NCBI GenBank assembly: GCA_963819305.1 | Contig: CAWFVP010000001.1 | Coordinates: 748,131 to 812,130, forward strand | Length of the DNA stretch: 64,000 nt | Source: an uncultured Alphaproteobacteria bacterium | GTDB taxonomy: Bacteria > Pseudomonadota > Alphaproteobacteria > Acetobacterales > Acetobacteraceae | Reading direction: 5' to 3' | Shown here: positions 1-10,131 of the stretch, in pieces | Position numbering within the stretch: the stretch's first letter is position 1 | Layout: each line of letters begins with the position of its first letter | Translations under genes and position numbers: made by a program | The notes under the pieces: model-generated | Told to the model about the DNA's origin: nothing | Database searches by the model: none | Seen by the model: only the letters and a program-made list of their open reading frames with translations

Positions 1-92
1 TAGCTCCTGGGGCCGAAGCTGGCTGTGGCCAATCTCTGCCCGGGTGCTTAGAAAGCCGTTCGCACACGACGACGAAACGACGGGACCGACAG

Positions 93-986
93 ATGGCTGC
101 CCAGCTTTGCTCCATGACCGGCTTCGCGCGCAGCGAAGGCAACGTCAACGGCGTTGCCTGGGCGTGGGAGTTGCGCAGCGTCAATGGCCGCGGCCTCGAC
201 GTGCGGCTGCGACTGCCGCCGGGTTTCGATGCGCTGGAACTCGGCCTTCGGGAAGCCGCCGGCAAGCTCCTGAAGCGTGGCAACGTCACCGCCAATCTCA
301 CCGTCAAGCGAGATGAGCAGCCTCGGCTGGCGCCCGATCCTACGGCGCTCGACCAGGTGCTGCAGATGGCGATCGACCTCGCCGCGCGCATTCCCGGCGG
401 CCCGCCGCCCCGCGCCGAGGCGCTGCTGGCATTGCCCGGAGTTCTGCGTTCCGCCGCCGCGGTTGAAACCGAGGAAGCAGCCCGCGCCCAGTCCGACGCG
501 GTTCGCGCGGGCTTTGCCGTCGCGCTGAACGGCTTGCTGGCGGCACGCCGCGGCGAAGGCGCGCGCCTGGCTGAAATATTGGCCGGCCAGATTGCCGAGA
601 TTTCCGCGCTCTGCCGAAATGCGGCCTCCGAAGCGGCCGCACAGCCGGCATTGCAACGCGAACGGATGATGGAGGCAGTGCAAACGCTGATGGCCACCGT
701 GCCAGCGTTGCCGGATGATCGTATCGCGCAGGAGGTGGCGCTGCTGGCTTCGAAATCGGATGTCCGGGAGGAGTTGGACCGATTGGACGCGCACCTGCAG
801 GCTGCATCCGGTTTGCTGCAGGAGGCAGAGAATATTGGTCGGCGCTTCGACTTCCTGGTGCAGGAGTTCAACCGCGAGGCGAACACTCTTTGCAGCAAAT
901 CCGCATCGATTGCCCTCACCGCGACGGGGCTGAAGTTGAAGGCGGCAATCGAGCAACTGCGTGAACAGGTGCAGAATATTGAGTAA
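93..986 (+). CDS. yicC: YicC/YloC-family stress-induced endoribonuclease
   Basis: 297-aa ORF. N-terminal SMTGFAR motif and C-terminal QEFNREANTLCSKS block are typical of YicC. gmk follows 12 nt downstream, the usual synteny. Confidence 0.85.
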   Translation: MAAQLCSMTGFARSEGNVNGVAWAWELRSVNGRGLDVRLRLPPGFDALELGLREAAGKLLKRGNVTANLTVKRDEQPRLAPDPTALDQVLQMAIDLAARIPGGPPPRAEALLALPGVLRSAAAVETEEAARAQSDAVRAGFAVALNGLLAARRGEGARLAEILAGQIAEISALCRNAASEAAAQPALQRERMMEAVQTLMATVPALPDDRIAQEVALLASKSDVREELDRLDAHLQAASGLLQEAENIGRRFDFLVQEFNREANTLCSKSASIALTATGLKLKAAIEQLREQVQNIE

Positions 987-998
987 GGTCATCGTCCC

Positions 999-1619
999 AT
1001 GACGCTGTCGCGCCGCGGCGTTTGCCTGGTGATCGCCGCAGCTTCCGGCACTGGCAAGACCACGGTCACCCGGGCGTTGCTGCAGGCGGAGCCCAATCTG
1101 CACCTGTCGATCAGCGTTACCACCCGCGCACCACGGCCCGGTGAACGCGACGGCGAACATTATCTTTTCCGGTCCCAGGCGCAGTTCGATGCGATGGTGG
1201 CCGAAGGCGCGCTGCTGGAATGGGCTGGCGTTTTCGGCCGCTGCTACGGCACGCCGCGCGCGCCGGTGCTGTCGGCGCTCGCCGCCGGCCAGGACATCGT
1301 CTTCGATATCGACTGGCAGGGGCACCGGCAGCTGCGCGCCGCGTTGCCGGGCGATGTTGTCGGCCTATTCCTTCTGCCGCCGTCGATGGCTGACCTCGAG
1401 GCGCGGCTGCGCGGACGCCGGGGCGACGGACACGAGGAAATTGCCCGCCGCATGGCCGAGGCGGCTGCGGAAATCTCTCACGCGGCAGAATTCGACTATG
1501 TGCTGGTCAATGAGGATTTCGACACCGCGGTCGCGGAGACTCGCGCCGTATTGCAGGCGTCGCGCCTCGCCACGTCGCGACAGCTCGGCTTGGATGACTA
1601 TCTACGGGGAATGGATTGA
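999..1619 (+). CDS. gmk: guanylate kinase
   Basis: 206-aa ORF. P-loop AAASGTGKTT, plus guanylate-kinase blocks TTRAPRPGERDGEHYLF and FDIDWQG. Confidence 0.9.
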   Translation: MTLSRRGVCLVIAAASGTGKTTVTRALLQAEPNLHLSISVTTRAPRPGERDGEHYLFRSQAQFDAMVAEGALLEWAGVFGRCYGTPRAPVLSALAAGQDIVFDIDWQGHRQLRAALPGDVVGLFLLPPSMADLEARLRGRRGDGHEEIARRMAEAAAEISHAAEFDYVLVNEDFDTAVAETRAVLQASRLATSRQLGLDDYLRGMD

Positions 1620-1643
1620 CGAAAACGATCTCGGTGCGACGTC

Positions 1644-2297
1644 TCAGCGCAACGCTGCAGCGACATCGAGCACCCCGTTCACGATGATCTGGGTACCGAT
1701 GCACATCAGCAGGAACGCACTGAGCCTGGAGATCGTCCGGCGGGCGGACGCGCCGAGAAAATCGGCGAGGCGGTCGGCGGAGCGATAGGCGATCCAGACG
1801 CACAGTGCGATCGCCACCGCCGCCGCGGTGACGCCGACGAAGAAGCCGAGCACCGCAATGCCGTTCGAAGGGTGTTCAGCGCCCAGGGTGATCGCAACGG
1901 CGATTGTCCCCGGTCCCGTGGTAAACGGCATGGTGAGCGGGAAGAAGGCGATGTCCTCGACGGCACGGCCAGTAGGCTCCGCCTGCTGCTGCTTGCGCGC
2001 CTCCTGGCGTTCCGGGGCGTCCAGCAATTCCCAGGCGCGCAGCGCCACCACCGCACCGCCGGCGATGCGCAACGCTCCCAGCGATATGCCGAAGAAGTTC
2101 AGAACATATGCCCCACCCCAAAGCGCGCCCAGCATGACCATGAGCGAGTAGAGCCCGACCTTGCGAGCGAGGACGCTGCGCTCGGCATGCGTCAGGTCCG
2201 CCGTCACCTCGTTGAAGATGAAGGCGGCGCCTGGAGGGTTGACGATCGAGAAGAGCGCCGGAAAGCTCAGCAGGAAGGCTGCCGCAGCGCCGGTCAT
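1644..2297 (-). CDS. MarC-family (UPF0056) integral membrane protein
   Basis: 217 aa from the internal ATG at 2297 of track ORF 1644..3170. Multi-TM protein with the MarC-like block FPLTMPFTTGPGTIA. The upstream part of the track ORF belongs to the neighbouring disrupted hydrolase. Confidence 0.8.
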   Translation of the reverse strand: MTGAAAAFLLSFPALFSIVNPPGAAFIFNEVTADLTHAERSVLARKVGLYSLMVMLGALWGGAYVLNFFGISLGALRIAGGAVVALRAWELLDAPERQEARKQQQAEPTGRAVEDIAFFPLTMPFTTGPGTIAVAITLGAEHPSNGIAVLGFFVGVTAAAVAIALCVWIAYRSADRLADFLGASARRTISRLSAFLLMCIGTQIIVNGVLDVAAALR

Positions 2298-2302
2298 TCC
2301 GA

Positions 2303-3477
2303 TCAGGGGCGGTTGAGTTCCTGCTCCACCAGCATTGCCCAGAAGGACGCGCCGATCGGCAGGATCGCATCGTTGAAATCGTATTTCGGGTTGTGCACCG
2401 GGGTGCTGCCGCGCTCGCCCTCCGCCTGGCCGATGCGCACGAAGCAGCCGGGCACGGCAAGCGCCATGTAGCTGAAGTCCTCGCCGCCCATCCCAGGCGG
2501 CTTCTGCCGGATCACCTGGTTGGGCCCAAGCAATCTTTCCGCCGCACGGGCGGCGCGTTCGGTGGGGCCTGCCGCATTCACGACGGGCGGATAACCGCGG
2601 CCATACTCGACCACCGCGGTCGCACCGTGCGCCGCGGCGGTTGCCTCGACGATCTGCGGCATCAGCTTCTCGATTTCGTCCTGCACATGCGGCAGCAAGC
2701 GTCCGAACCGTACCATTGAGGACGGCGTCCTCGGGAATGACATTGCCGGCACTGCCGGCATGGAATTGGGTGATCGACAGCACGGCGCTGTCCAGCGGGT
2801 CGGTCCGGCGGGCCACGATGGATTGCAGCGCCAGCACGATGTGGCTGCCGACCACCACCGGGTCGATGCTGCGATGCGGCCGGGCGGCGTGGCCGCCCTG
2901 GCCGGTGATGCGGATCCAGAACCGGTCCGATGCTGCCGTCACGGAACCCGCGACTGCCGTCATCGTGCCGACCGGCAGGGTGGTGTCGTTATGGGCGCCG
3001 AACACCATGTCGCAGGGAAAACGTTGGAACAGCCCTTCCTCGACCATGACCCGGCCGCCGCCGCCGCCTTCTTCGGCGGGCTGGAAGATGAAATGGACCG
3101 TGCCATCGAAGTTGCGCGGATTCGGCAAGATACTTGGCGGCGCCCAGCAGCATCGTGGTGTGACCGTCATGGCCGCAGGCGTGCATCGCCCCTGCGTTCA
3201 GACTGCGATGTTCGAAATCATTCGCCTCCTCCATCGGCAGCGCGTCCATATCGGCGCGAATGCCGATCGCGCGCTGCGATGTGCCGCGGCGCAGCGTTCC
3301 AACCAAGCCGGTGGTGGCGATGCCGCGGGTCACTTCGATGCCCCAGGATTCCAGCTTGGCTGCGACCAGGTCGCTGGTACGGTGCTCCCTGAAGCCGAGT
3401 TCAGGATGCGCGTGGATGTCGCGCCGCCACTCGGTCAATTCATCGGCGCCGGCGGCGATGCTGTTGATCACGGGCAT
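2303..3477 (-). pseudogene. M20-family amidohydrolase (hippurate hydrolase / N-acyl-amino-acid amidohydrolase type), two net +1 frameshifts
   Basis: Three collinear fragments in three frames. N-terminal fragment 3477..~3117 (HPELGFRE, MHACGHDGH). Middle fragment ~3117..~2699 (FIFQPAEEGGGG, ITGQGGHAARPH). C-terminal fragment ~2699..2303 (GGEDFSYM, VHNPKYDF). Confidence 0.8.
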
Positions 3478-3547
3478 GTCGTGCGGGTCTCCGGAAGGCT
3501 TTGTGGAGAGGCGCCCGCGGCTGTCGCAGCCGCGGGCGCCATCCGGG

Positions 3548-4054
3548 TCAGTAGGCGCCGAGATAGTCGCGCTTGCCAACATCGACGCCGTTGTGGCGAA
3601 GGATGTTGTAGGCGGTGGCGCAGTGGAAGGTCACGTTGGGGATCACAAAGCCCAGCAGATAGCGTTGCCCCTTGTAGGTGACATCGCCCGAGGCCCGCTT
3701 CAGGGTGATGTCCCGGTCTTCGGTGCCGTCGATCTGCGCCGGCTTGATGCCGTCGATGAAGGCCAGCGTCTTGGCGATGCGAGCCTTCAGTTCGTCGAAG
3801 GTCTTCTCCTCGTCCGGCATGGACGGCATCTCCTGACCGGCAAGACGAGCGACACCGCCGCGCGCCATGTCGGTGGCGATCTGCACCTGGCGGCTCAGCG
3901 GGAACATGTCAGGCGCCAGGCGGTCGTTGATCAGCACCGACGGGTCGACCTTCTTCGCCTCGGCGAAGGCGGCCCCCTTGTCCAGCACGGCGGACAACGC
4001 ATTCAGCAGCGTCTTGATCATCGGCACCGAGGCCTGGTACATCGAAATCGTCAT
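3548..4054 (-). CDS. DUF1993 (DinB-like fold) protein
   Basis: 168 aa from ATG 4054 (MTISMYQASVPM...). The sequence pattern, including the C-terminal FHxxTAYxILRxxGVxxGKxDYLG, matches the DUF1993 family as I recall it. The start abuts the argG stop. Confidence 0.7.
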   Translation of the reverse strand: MTISMYQASVPMIKTLLNALSAVLDKGAAFAEAKKVDPSVLINDRLAPDMFPLSRQVQIATDMARGGVARLAGQEMPSMPDEEKTFDELKARIAKTLAFIDGIKPAQIDGTEDRDITLKRASGDVTYKGQRYLLGFVIPNVTFHCATAYNILRHNGVDVGKRDYLGAY

Positions 4055-4055
4055 G

Positions 4056-5286
4056 TTATAGACTTCCTCCTTTTCGGCCCGCCGTCGCCGCGAGGCGAAG
4101 GCGCAGCGCATTCAGCTTGATGAACCCCTGCGCGTCGAACTGGTCGTACGCGCCCTGGTCCTCCTCGAAGGTCACCGTCTTCATCGAATACAGGCTGTTC
4201 GGGCTTTCGCGCCCGATCACGGTGACGTTGCCCTTGTACAGCTTCAGGCGAACCCGGCCAGAGACGGATTTCTGACTTTCGTCGATCAGCGCCTGCAGCA
4301 TGCGCCGCTCGGGACTGAACCAGAAGCCGTTGTAGATCATTTCGGCATAGCGTGGCATCAGGCTGTCCTTCAGATGCGCTGCTTCGCGATCCAGCGTGAT
4401 GCTCTCGATGCCGCGATGCGCCGCCAGCAGGATGGTGCCGCCGGGCGTCTCGTAGATGCCGCGCGACTTCATGCCGACGAACCGGTTTTCTACCAGGTCC
4501 AGCCGGCCGATGCCGTTCTGGCGGCCGAGTTCGTTCAGCCGGGTCAGCAGCATCGCCGGCGACAGCTTCACGTCGTCGATCGCCACCGGGTCGCCATGGA
4601 CGAAATCGACTGCGATGACGGTGGCGCGGTCGGGTGCATCCTCGGGGCGGATGGTGCGCTGGTAGACACTCTCGTCGGCCTCGACTGCCGGGTCCTCGAG
4701 AATTTTACCCTCCGACGAGGAATGCAGCAGGTTGGCATCGACCGAGAACGGCGCCTCGCCGCGCTTGTCGCGTGAAATCGGGATCTGGTTCGATTCGGCG
4801 AACTCCAGCAGCTTGGTGCGGCTGGTGAGGTCCCACTCGCGCCACGGGGCAATCACCTTCACGTCCGGCTTGAGAGCGTAGTAAGACAGTTCGAAGCGAA
4901 CCTGGTCGTTGCCTTTGCCGGTGGCGCCGTGGGCCACGGCGTCGGCGCCGACCATTTCGGCGATCTCGATCTGGCGCTGGGCGATCAGCGGGCGGGCGAT
5001 CGAGGTGCCGAGCAGGTACTGGCCTTCGTAGAGCGCGTTGGCACGGAACATCGGGAAGACAAAGTCCTTGACGAAGGTCTCGCGCAGATCGTCGACGAAG
5101 ATCTCCTTGATGCCGAACAGTCTCGGCCTTCTTGCGCGCCGGCTCCAGCTCCTCGCCTTGGCCAAGGTCGGCGGTGAAGGTCACAACCTCGCAGCGGTAC
5201 GTGGTCTGCAGCCAGCGAAGGATCACGCTGGTGTCGAGCCCGCCGGAGTAGGCGAGCACGACCTTCTTGACGTCCTTGACGCGCAT
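4056..5286 (-). pseudogene. argG: argininosuccinate synthase, one net +1 frameshift near 5121
   Basis: N-terminal part 5286..~5122 ([14 protein letters not shown]-loop) is in one frame and the rest, 5120..4056, is in another. Removing the plus-strand T at 5121 restores ...[13 protein letters not shown]... Confidence 0.9.
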
Positions 5287-5502
5287 TCGATCGCAATCCC
5301 TGGAAAAGAAGCCGTGGACCGAGCGGCCACAGGCAAAAGAAACGGTCCGCGCGACGTAGCGCCGACGGAACTTCCCGGCAAGGGCCGCCAAGACGGGGGA
5401 TGTCCCGGTGCGGGCGCTGAGGTCAGCCGCAGATTGTGGTGCAGGATTGCGATCCGGAGGAACCTACCCGAAACATATGCCCGCGCGGTCTGGATTCAGT
5501 CG

Positions 5503-6501
5503 TCAATACCTGAGGAAATGCTGCTGGATCTCCGCCGGGTCACTAGTGTGCGCCAGGGCAACGGCGAGCAGCAGCCGGGCTTTCTGCGGCGTGAGGTTGT
5601 CGGCGGTGAGAAAGCCTGCTTCCCGGAGGCGGCGGCCTTTGAACGTGCGCCCGCTCCCCGCCCGCGTGGACTGAACAACGACCAAGCCCTGCGCCACGGC
5701 GGCCTTCAGCGCCGAGAAGTCGCCAGGCCCCGCCGACCCCGGCGCAAATCCGGCGGAGACGATCCCGCGGGCGCCGGCTTCCACGAAGGCCCGCACCGCC
5801 GTGCCGTCGGCACCGGCATAGGCATAAGTGATGTCGACCCGCGGCAGATGGTCCAGGCTGCGGATATCGAATGCAGTATCCGGCGCGCCCAGGCGGATCG
5901 GCCTCCGATAGAATGCAATGGCATCTCCGTCGGCATGGCCCAATGCCCCGAAATCGGCGGTGCGGAAGGTCTGCAACCGCGTCGTCGAGGTCTTTGTGAC
6001 ATCTCGGGCCGCGTGGATCTCATCGTTCAGCACCACCAGAACGCCAAGGCCTCGCGCGGCCTGGCTGGCTGCGGTTCGGCACGCATTCACGAGGTTGAGG
6101 CCGGCATCGGTGGACAACGCGCTCGCCGGACGCTGGCTGCCGACGAGCACCACCGGAATGCCGACCTTCAGGGTCAGGTTCAGGAAATACGCGGTTTCCT
6201 CCAGGGACGCGGTGCCATGGCCGATGACGATGCCGGCGAGGTTGGGGATTTCGGCAACCAGCCGGTCGCAGAGGAGTACCAAGGCCTTCCAGTCGTCGAA
6301 ATAGATGTTGGGGCTGGGTACGGCGCGATAATGCACCGGCACCACCTCGGCGACCTGCGCCAGTTCCGGGTAGCGGGCGACGATCTCGTCGGCATGCATG
6401 ATGTTGCCGGTGGTGCTGTAGTCCTGCAGGTCGAGGCTGGTCATGCCCAGCGATGCGATGGTACCGCCGGTGCCGATGAAAGCGACTTTCGGGAGAGGCA
6501 T
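5503..6501 (-). CDS. L-asparaginase (type II family)
   Basis: 332 aa from ATG 6501 (MPLPKVAFIGTGGTIAS...HGTASLEET...). The longer track ORF 5503..7011 is an out-of-frame extension across the upstream amidase. Confidence 0.85.
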   Translation of the reverse strand: MPLPKVAFIGTGGTIASLGMTSLDLQDYSTTGNIMHADEIVARYPELAQVAEVVPVHYRAVPSPNIYFDDWKALVLLCDRLVAEIPNLAGIVIGHGTASLEETAYFLNLTLKVGIPVVLVGSQRPASALSTDAGLNLVNACRTAASQAARGLGVLVVLNDEIHAARDVTKTSTTRLQTFRTADFGALGHADGDAIAFYRRPIRLGAPDTAFDIRSLDHLPRVDITYAYAGADGTAVRAFVEAGARGIVSAGFAPGSAGPGDFSALKAAVAQGLVVVQSTRAGSGRTFKGRRLREAGFLTADNLTPQKARLLLAVALAHTSDPAEIQQHFLRY

Positions 6502-6508
6502 ACCAGTC

Positions 6509-7938
6509 TCAGGTCGCTGTTCCGAGCACACCAGGGCGCCGGCGGTGGAAATCGGTATCGCGCTGATACGCATCGGCGAACTGCAGCAAAAGGCCCTCGG
6601 CGAATGGCCGCCCCGCCAATTGCAGGCCAATGGGAAGGCCGTTGGGGTCGAACCCGCAATTTTGGCTGATCGCCGGCAGGCCCAGGTAGTTGAAGGGCCT
6701 GGTATTGATCGATACCGCCATGAAGCGCTGCTCGGTGCCGGGCGGGCCGTTGTCGATATCGGTTTCCGCAAGTGTCGGCAGGCAGGACGGGATGGTCGGC
6801 GAGGCCAGCACGTCCACCTGCCCGAACACCTCAGTCGCGAAAGCCTGTAAAATAGGGCCGCGCCGGGACAATGCTTCGACATAATAGGTTCCCGGAATGG
6901 CATATCCCGGATACAGCCGCGCGGAGAGATGGATGGCATAGTCTTGCGGCCGCTGGCGCATCCATTCGGCGTGGATAGCCGCGGCTTCGACCCGTGACAT
7001 GACCGCGGCATAAGCCTGCACCGCGTCCATCAGCGGCAAGTTCATGCGCACGATGATGGCGCCACGAGCTGCAAACACCTCCATCGCCTTCTCGAACGCC
7101 GCCATCACCGGCGGATCGGCGATGTCGGTGAAGGCGTTGGTGGGGACGCCGATCCGCATACCTCTGATGTCGCCATCCAATGCCGCCTCGTAGTCCGGCA
7201 CCGGCTCCCGGGCGCTGGTCGGGTCCCGCGGGTCGTGACCCGCGATCACCGAAAGGATGCGCGCGCAGTCGCGGGCGGTGCGTGCAAGCGGGCCGACATT
7301 GTCGGCGGAAAACGACAGCGGCATCACCCCATAGCGGGAGACCCGGGTCTGCGTCGGCTTGATGCCAGTCACTCCGCACGCCGCGGCCGGCAACCGGATC
7401 GACCCGCCGGTGTCGGAGCCGAGCGAGGCATAGGTGACGCCGCGAGGCGACTGAAGCCCCAGAACCGCGAGGAAGATCCGCCGGTGATGTAGGGCGGGTT
7501 CCACGGATTGTGGCAATCCCCGAATGCCCTGTTATGGCCGGTCGGGTTCTGCGCGAACTCGGCCATGTTCAGGCCCGCGAAGCTATATGCGCCCTCGGCA
7601 GCCAAGCGTTCGATCACGGTGCAGGTAATGTCAGGCACGAAGTCGCGGCGGATCGCCGAGCCGCAGGTGCAGGGGCGCCCCGCCTGATAGTACATGTCCT
7701 TATGAGCCAGCGGAACTCCGTGCAGCCGACCCAGCTTGCGGCCGCTTCGCACCGCGAGGTCAGCGTCCGTCGCCGCCTGCCTTGCGGCATCGCGATCCTG
7801 CCAAATTGTCACATTGAGAGTGGGATTGACCTGATCAAGCCGCGCCAGGCAGGCCTCGAGCAGCGCGGCCGAGGTGGCATTCCCCGTGGCGACGGCTTCG
7901 GCCGCCTCGACCAGCGAGAGATCGGCGAGATCGGTCAC
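6509..7938 (-). pseudogene. amidase-signature enzyme (GatA/AtzE-like), two net +1 frameshifts 25 bp apart
   Basis: N-terminal part 7938..~7471 ends ...ITGGSS. A short middle frame reads RGSGASVA. The rest, from ~7444, reads RGVTYASLGSDTGGSIRLPAA... Extra bases sit at about 7470 and 7445. The GTG start overlaps the upstream small ORF stop (GTGA). Confidence 0.85.
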
Positions 7939-8141
7939 GCCGCGGGTCCACCTGCCTTGGTCGCCTGCAATGCAGCCTCGAAGCTGGCGGGCTCGTCCTC
8001 GAACCGCAAATCGGCCCGTACTGCCTCGACGGCTGCAATGGTGTTGGCAAGGTCGGCCGCCAACCGGCGGGCGGCATCATTCGGCGGCAGGATCCCGTGC
8101 CAGGCTGCAATCATCGCCTCGGTGATCGCCGGAAATTCCAT
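7935..8141 (-). CDS. small GatC/AtzG-like (DUF4089-like) putative amidase partner
   Basis: 68-aa ORF with its stop overlapping the amidase start. Size, position and the C-terminal acidic ...FEDEPASFEAAL pattern resemble GatC-like small subunits. Family assignment is from memory only. Confidence 0.45.
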   Translation of the reverse strand: MEFPAITEAMIAAWHGILPPNDAARRLAADLANTIAAVEAVRADLRFEDEPASFEAALQATKAGGPAA

Positions 8142-8236
8142 TGTTCGCTCCCAGTCCGCCCAACCCGCAGGAGGATGACCGGCAATCTGCCATGCCGCAA
8201 CCGGCCGTCCCTTTCGGTTTCAGGGCATTCTGGGGC

Positions 8237-8755
8237 ATGATGAGGCGGCAATTGGAGCTGGCCGAATTGGTCGACAAGCAGAGTTACCGGGCAGCGATGG
8301 CGCGGGTGGGTGCGGCGGTGAACGTGATTACCACCGACGGGCCAGGAGGGCGGCGCGGCTTCACCGCCTCGGCAGTCTGCAGCGTCACCGATGACCCGCC
8401 GACCCTGCTGCTCTGTCTCAACCGCAGCAGCGATTCCAACCAGGCGCTGCGCGACAACGGGGTGCTGTGCGTGAATACCCTGGCCGCCGGCCAGCGGCAC
8501 CTGTCGCCGATATTCGCGGGAATGACCGAGCACGATGTGGACGGCCGCTTCGCCCAGGCCAGCTGGGGCAAGCTGGTCACCGGCGCGCCGGTTCTGCAGG
8601 AAGCGGTGGTGTCGTTCGACTGCCGCGTGGTGCAGGTGACCGAGGTCGGCACCCACAGCGTATTCTTTTGCGAAGTCGAGGCCGTGCAGCATGGCACCGG
8701 CCGCGAGGGGTTGATCTATTTCGACCGCGACTACCACCCCATCCGGGTGGCGTAG
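8237..8755 (+). CDS. flavin reductase (RutF/HpaC-like)
   Basis: Flavin_Reduct-like sequence (YRAAMARVGAAVNVITTDG...GFTASAVCSVTDDPPTLLLCL...). The start is uncertain, with candidates 8141, 8192 and 8237. Confidence 0.75.
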   Translation: MMRRQLELAELVDKQSYRAAMARVGAAVNVITTDGPGGRRGFTASAVCSVTDDPPTLLLCLNRSSDSNQALRDNGVLCVNTLAAGQRHLSPIFAGMTEHDVDGRFAQASWGKLVTGAPVLQEAVVSFDCRVVQVTEVGTHSVFFCEVEAVQHGTGREGLIYFDRDYHPIRVA

Positions 8756-10071
8756 CCGGCAGCCGGAGCCAGCGAGGCGAGCCTTCCCGCTCCAGAAAGC
8801 GCCGCAATCCGGGCCAGCCCGGCGTCCGCGCGAACAGCCTGGCGGGCGACGCCGGCGTAGGACCGGCGGTAGAAGGCCGCGAAATCCGGCGCCGCCGCCA
8901 GCCGTGGCTCGTGCTGGCGCCACCAGTCCAAACTCTGCCGGCGCGCCGCGATGCCCTCATACAGATCGGCGAAATAGCGCAGGTTCTCCGTGACATCGTG
9001 GTATCGCGGCTCGGCTTCGATTGTATCCAGGGAGCGCCGGTAATAGCCGGTGATCGCCTCATCGTAGAAAATCAGCTTGAGATCGGTGTGGTATAGGTCA
9101 TTCGGAGTACGGGCGGGGGCGGCTTCCGCGATGGCGCCTGGCCGCGCGGCCACCCATTCTCCCCGCAACACCTGCCCGCGTGAAACCGGGTCCGCATAAA
9201 TGGCCGCAAGGTCGTCCACGGCCATGTCGTTCGTTCGGCGCATCAGGTTGACGAACTCGTTCTTCGGGACGGGAAAATCGAACGCCGCAAACAGGATGAA
9301 TTGCTCGGTCGGCCATTCGGGCCAGACCCCGGCTGCGGCCAACGCGTTGTGAGTGAGGTGCGAGCAGTTGTCCTGCAGCACGCTCCACTCGAAATCACGC
9401 TTTCCATCCGCATAGATCGCGTTCTGCGCGTTGAGGAATTCAATGATCCGATCGAGTTGCGCCGTCGTCACCGGCAATCTCGCGCAGTAGCGGCCCCGAC
9501 CGAAGTCGATCGCATAATCAGTAGCGATCGACACCTCGTACTTGTAATCACGCTCGGAGGCGGAGGCCGGCTTGTCCGCGAACACCTCGTCATGGAAGGT
9601 GATCCCATCGAGCACAGCAAGCCGCTTGGCCTCGGCCTGGGCGCGCTGATAGGCGATCCGCGTCAATGGCTCACCGGGCTTAAGGCCGCCATGCAGGAAG
9701 AGGTCGCGCCCCGGAATGCCGACCCAGTTGGCGTTGCGGAAATGCGCGTTCGCGCTGATCCCGACGCCGGCCTCTGGCCCCTCGGCGGCCTTGCAACGGC
9801 GGAGCACCGGGTACTGGCCGCCGTCAAGGCAGGCGCCGTTCAGATAAAGCACGGAGTGGCCGCCGACACCGCCGCGGATATCGGCGCCGTAGCCTGGAAT
9901 CTTGTCGATCTGCGAGACCGCGCAAATCTCCGCGTATGTCGGGTAGAGCGCGGTATAGACGCCCTCGTTCACCGGTGCGCCGGGCAACCGGAAGCTGGTG
10001 ATGCCGCAACCGGCCAAACCCAGGGCAGCAAGGCCGGCAACGACCAAGCGGACGAGCCGCCGCATCATCAT
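8731..10071 (-). CDS. hypothetical lipoprotein (446 aa)
   Basis: Long ORF with a lipoprotein signal peptide and lipobox (MMMRRLVRLVVAGLAALGLAGC). I do not recognise a family. Its 3' end overlaps the convergent flavin reductase by 25 nt. Confidence 0.7.
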   Translation of the reverse strand: MMMRRLVRLVVAGLAALGLAGCGITSFRLPGAPVNEGVYTALYPTYAEICAVSQIDKIPGYGADIRGGVGGHSVLYLNGACLDGGQYPVLRRCKAAEGPEAGVGISANAHFRNANWVGIPGRDLFLHGGLKPGEPLTRIAYQRAQAEAKRLAVLDGITFHDEVFADKPASASERDYKYEVSIATDYAIDFGRGRYCARLPVTTAQLDRIIEFLNAQNAIYADGKRDFEWSVLQDNCSHLTHNALAAAGVWPEWPTEQFILFAAFDFPVPKNEFVNLMRRTNDMAVDDLAAIYADPVSRGQVLRGEWVAARPGAIAEAAPARTPNDLYHTDLKLIFYDEAITGYYRRSLDTIEAEPRYHDVTENLRYFADLYEGIAARRQSLDWWRQHEPRLAAAPDFAAFYRRSYAGVARQAVRADAGLARIAALSGAGRLASLAPAAGYATRMGW

Positions 10072-10131
10072 GTCTTGTCGCCTTGGAGGAATAATGGCTG
10101 GAATTGAAGAGGTCTGTCAGCACGTGTCAAT

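Noticed and set aside
1644-3170. 508-aa track ORF
   Set aside because: It is a chimera of the middle fragment of the frameshifted M20 hydrolase read through into the MarC-family gene. I split it at ATG 2297 and stop 2303.
5287-5502. Weak hairpin plus T-run (minus strand GTGGCCGCTCGGTCCAC-GGCTTCTTTTCC, about 5300-5330) just upstream of the argG start, considered as a terminator or attenuator
   Set aside because: The stem has only 4-5 contiguous pairs, and the T-run merges with the argG ribosome-binding region. Evidence is insufficient.
5038-6669. 543-aa plus-strand ORF
   Set aside because: It is antisense to argG and the asparaginase gene and has no motifs. Shadow ORF.
6502-7011. N-terminal 170 aa of the 502-aa track ORF 5503..7011
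   Set aside because: It is an out-of-frame read across the 3' end of the amidase. Asparaginase homology begins at the ATG at 6501.
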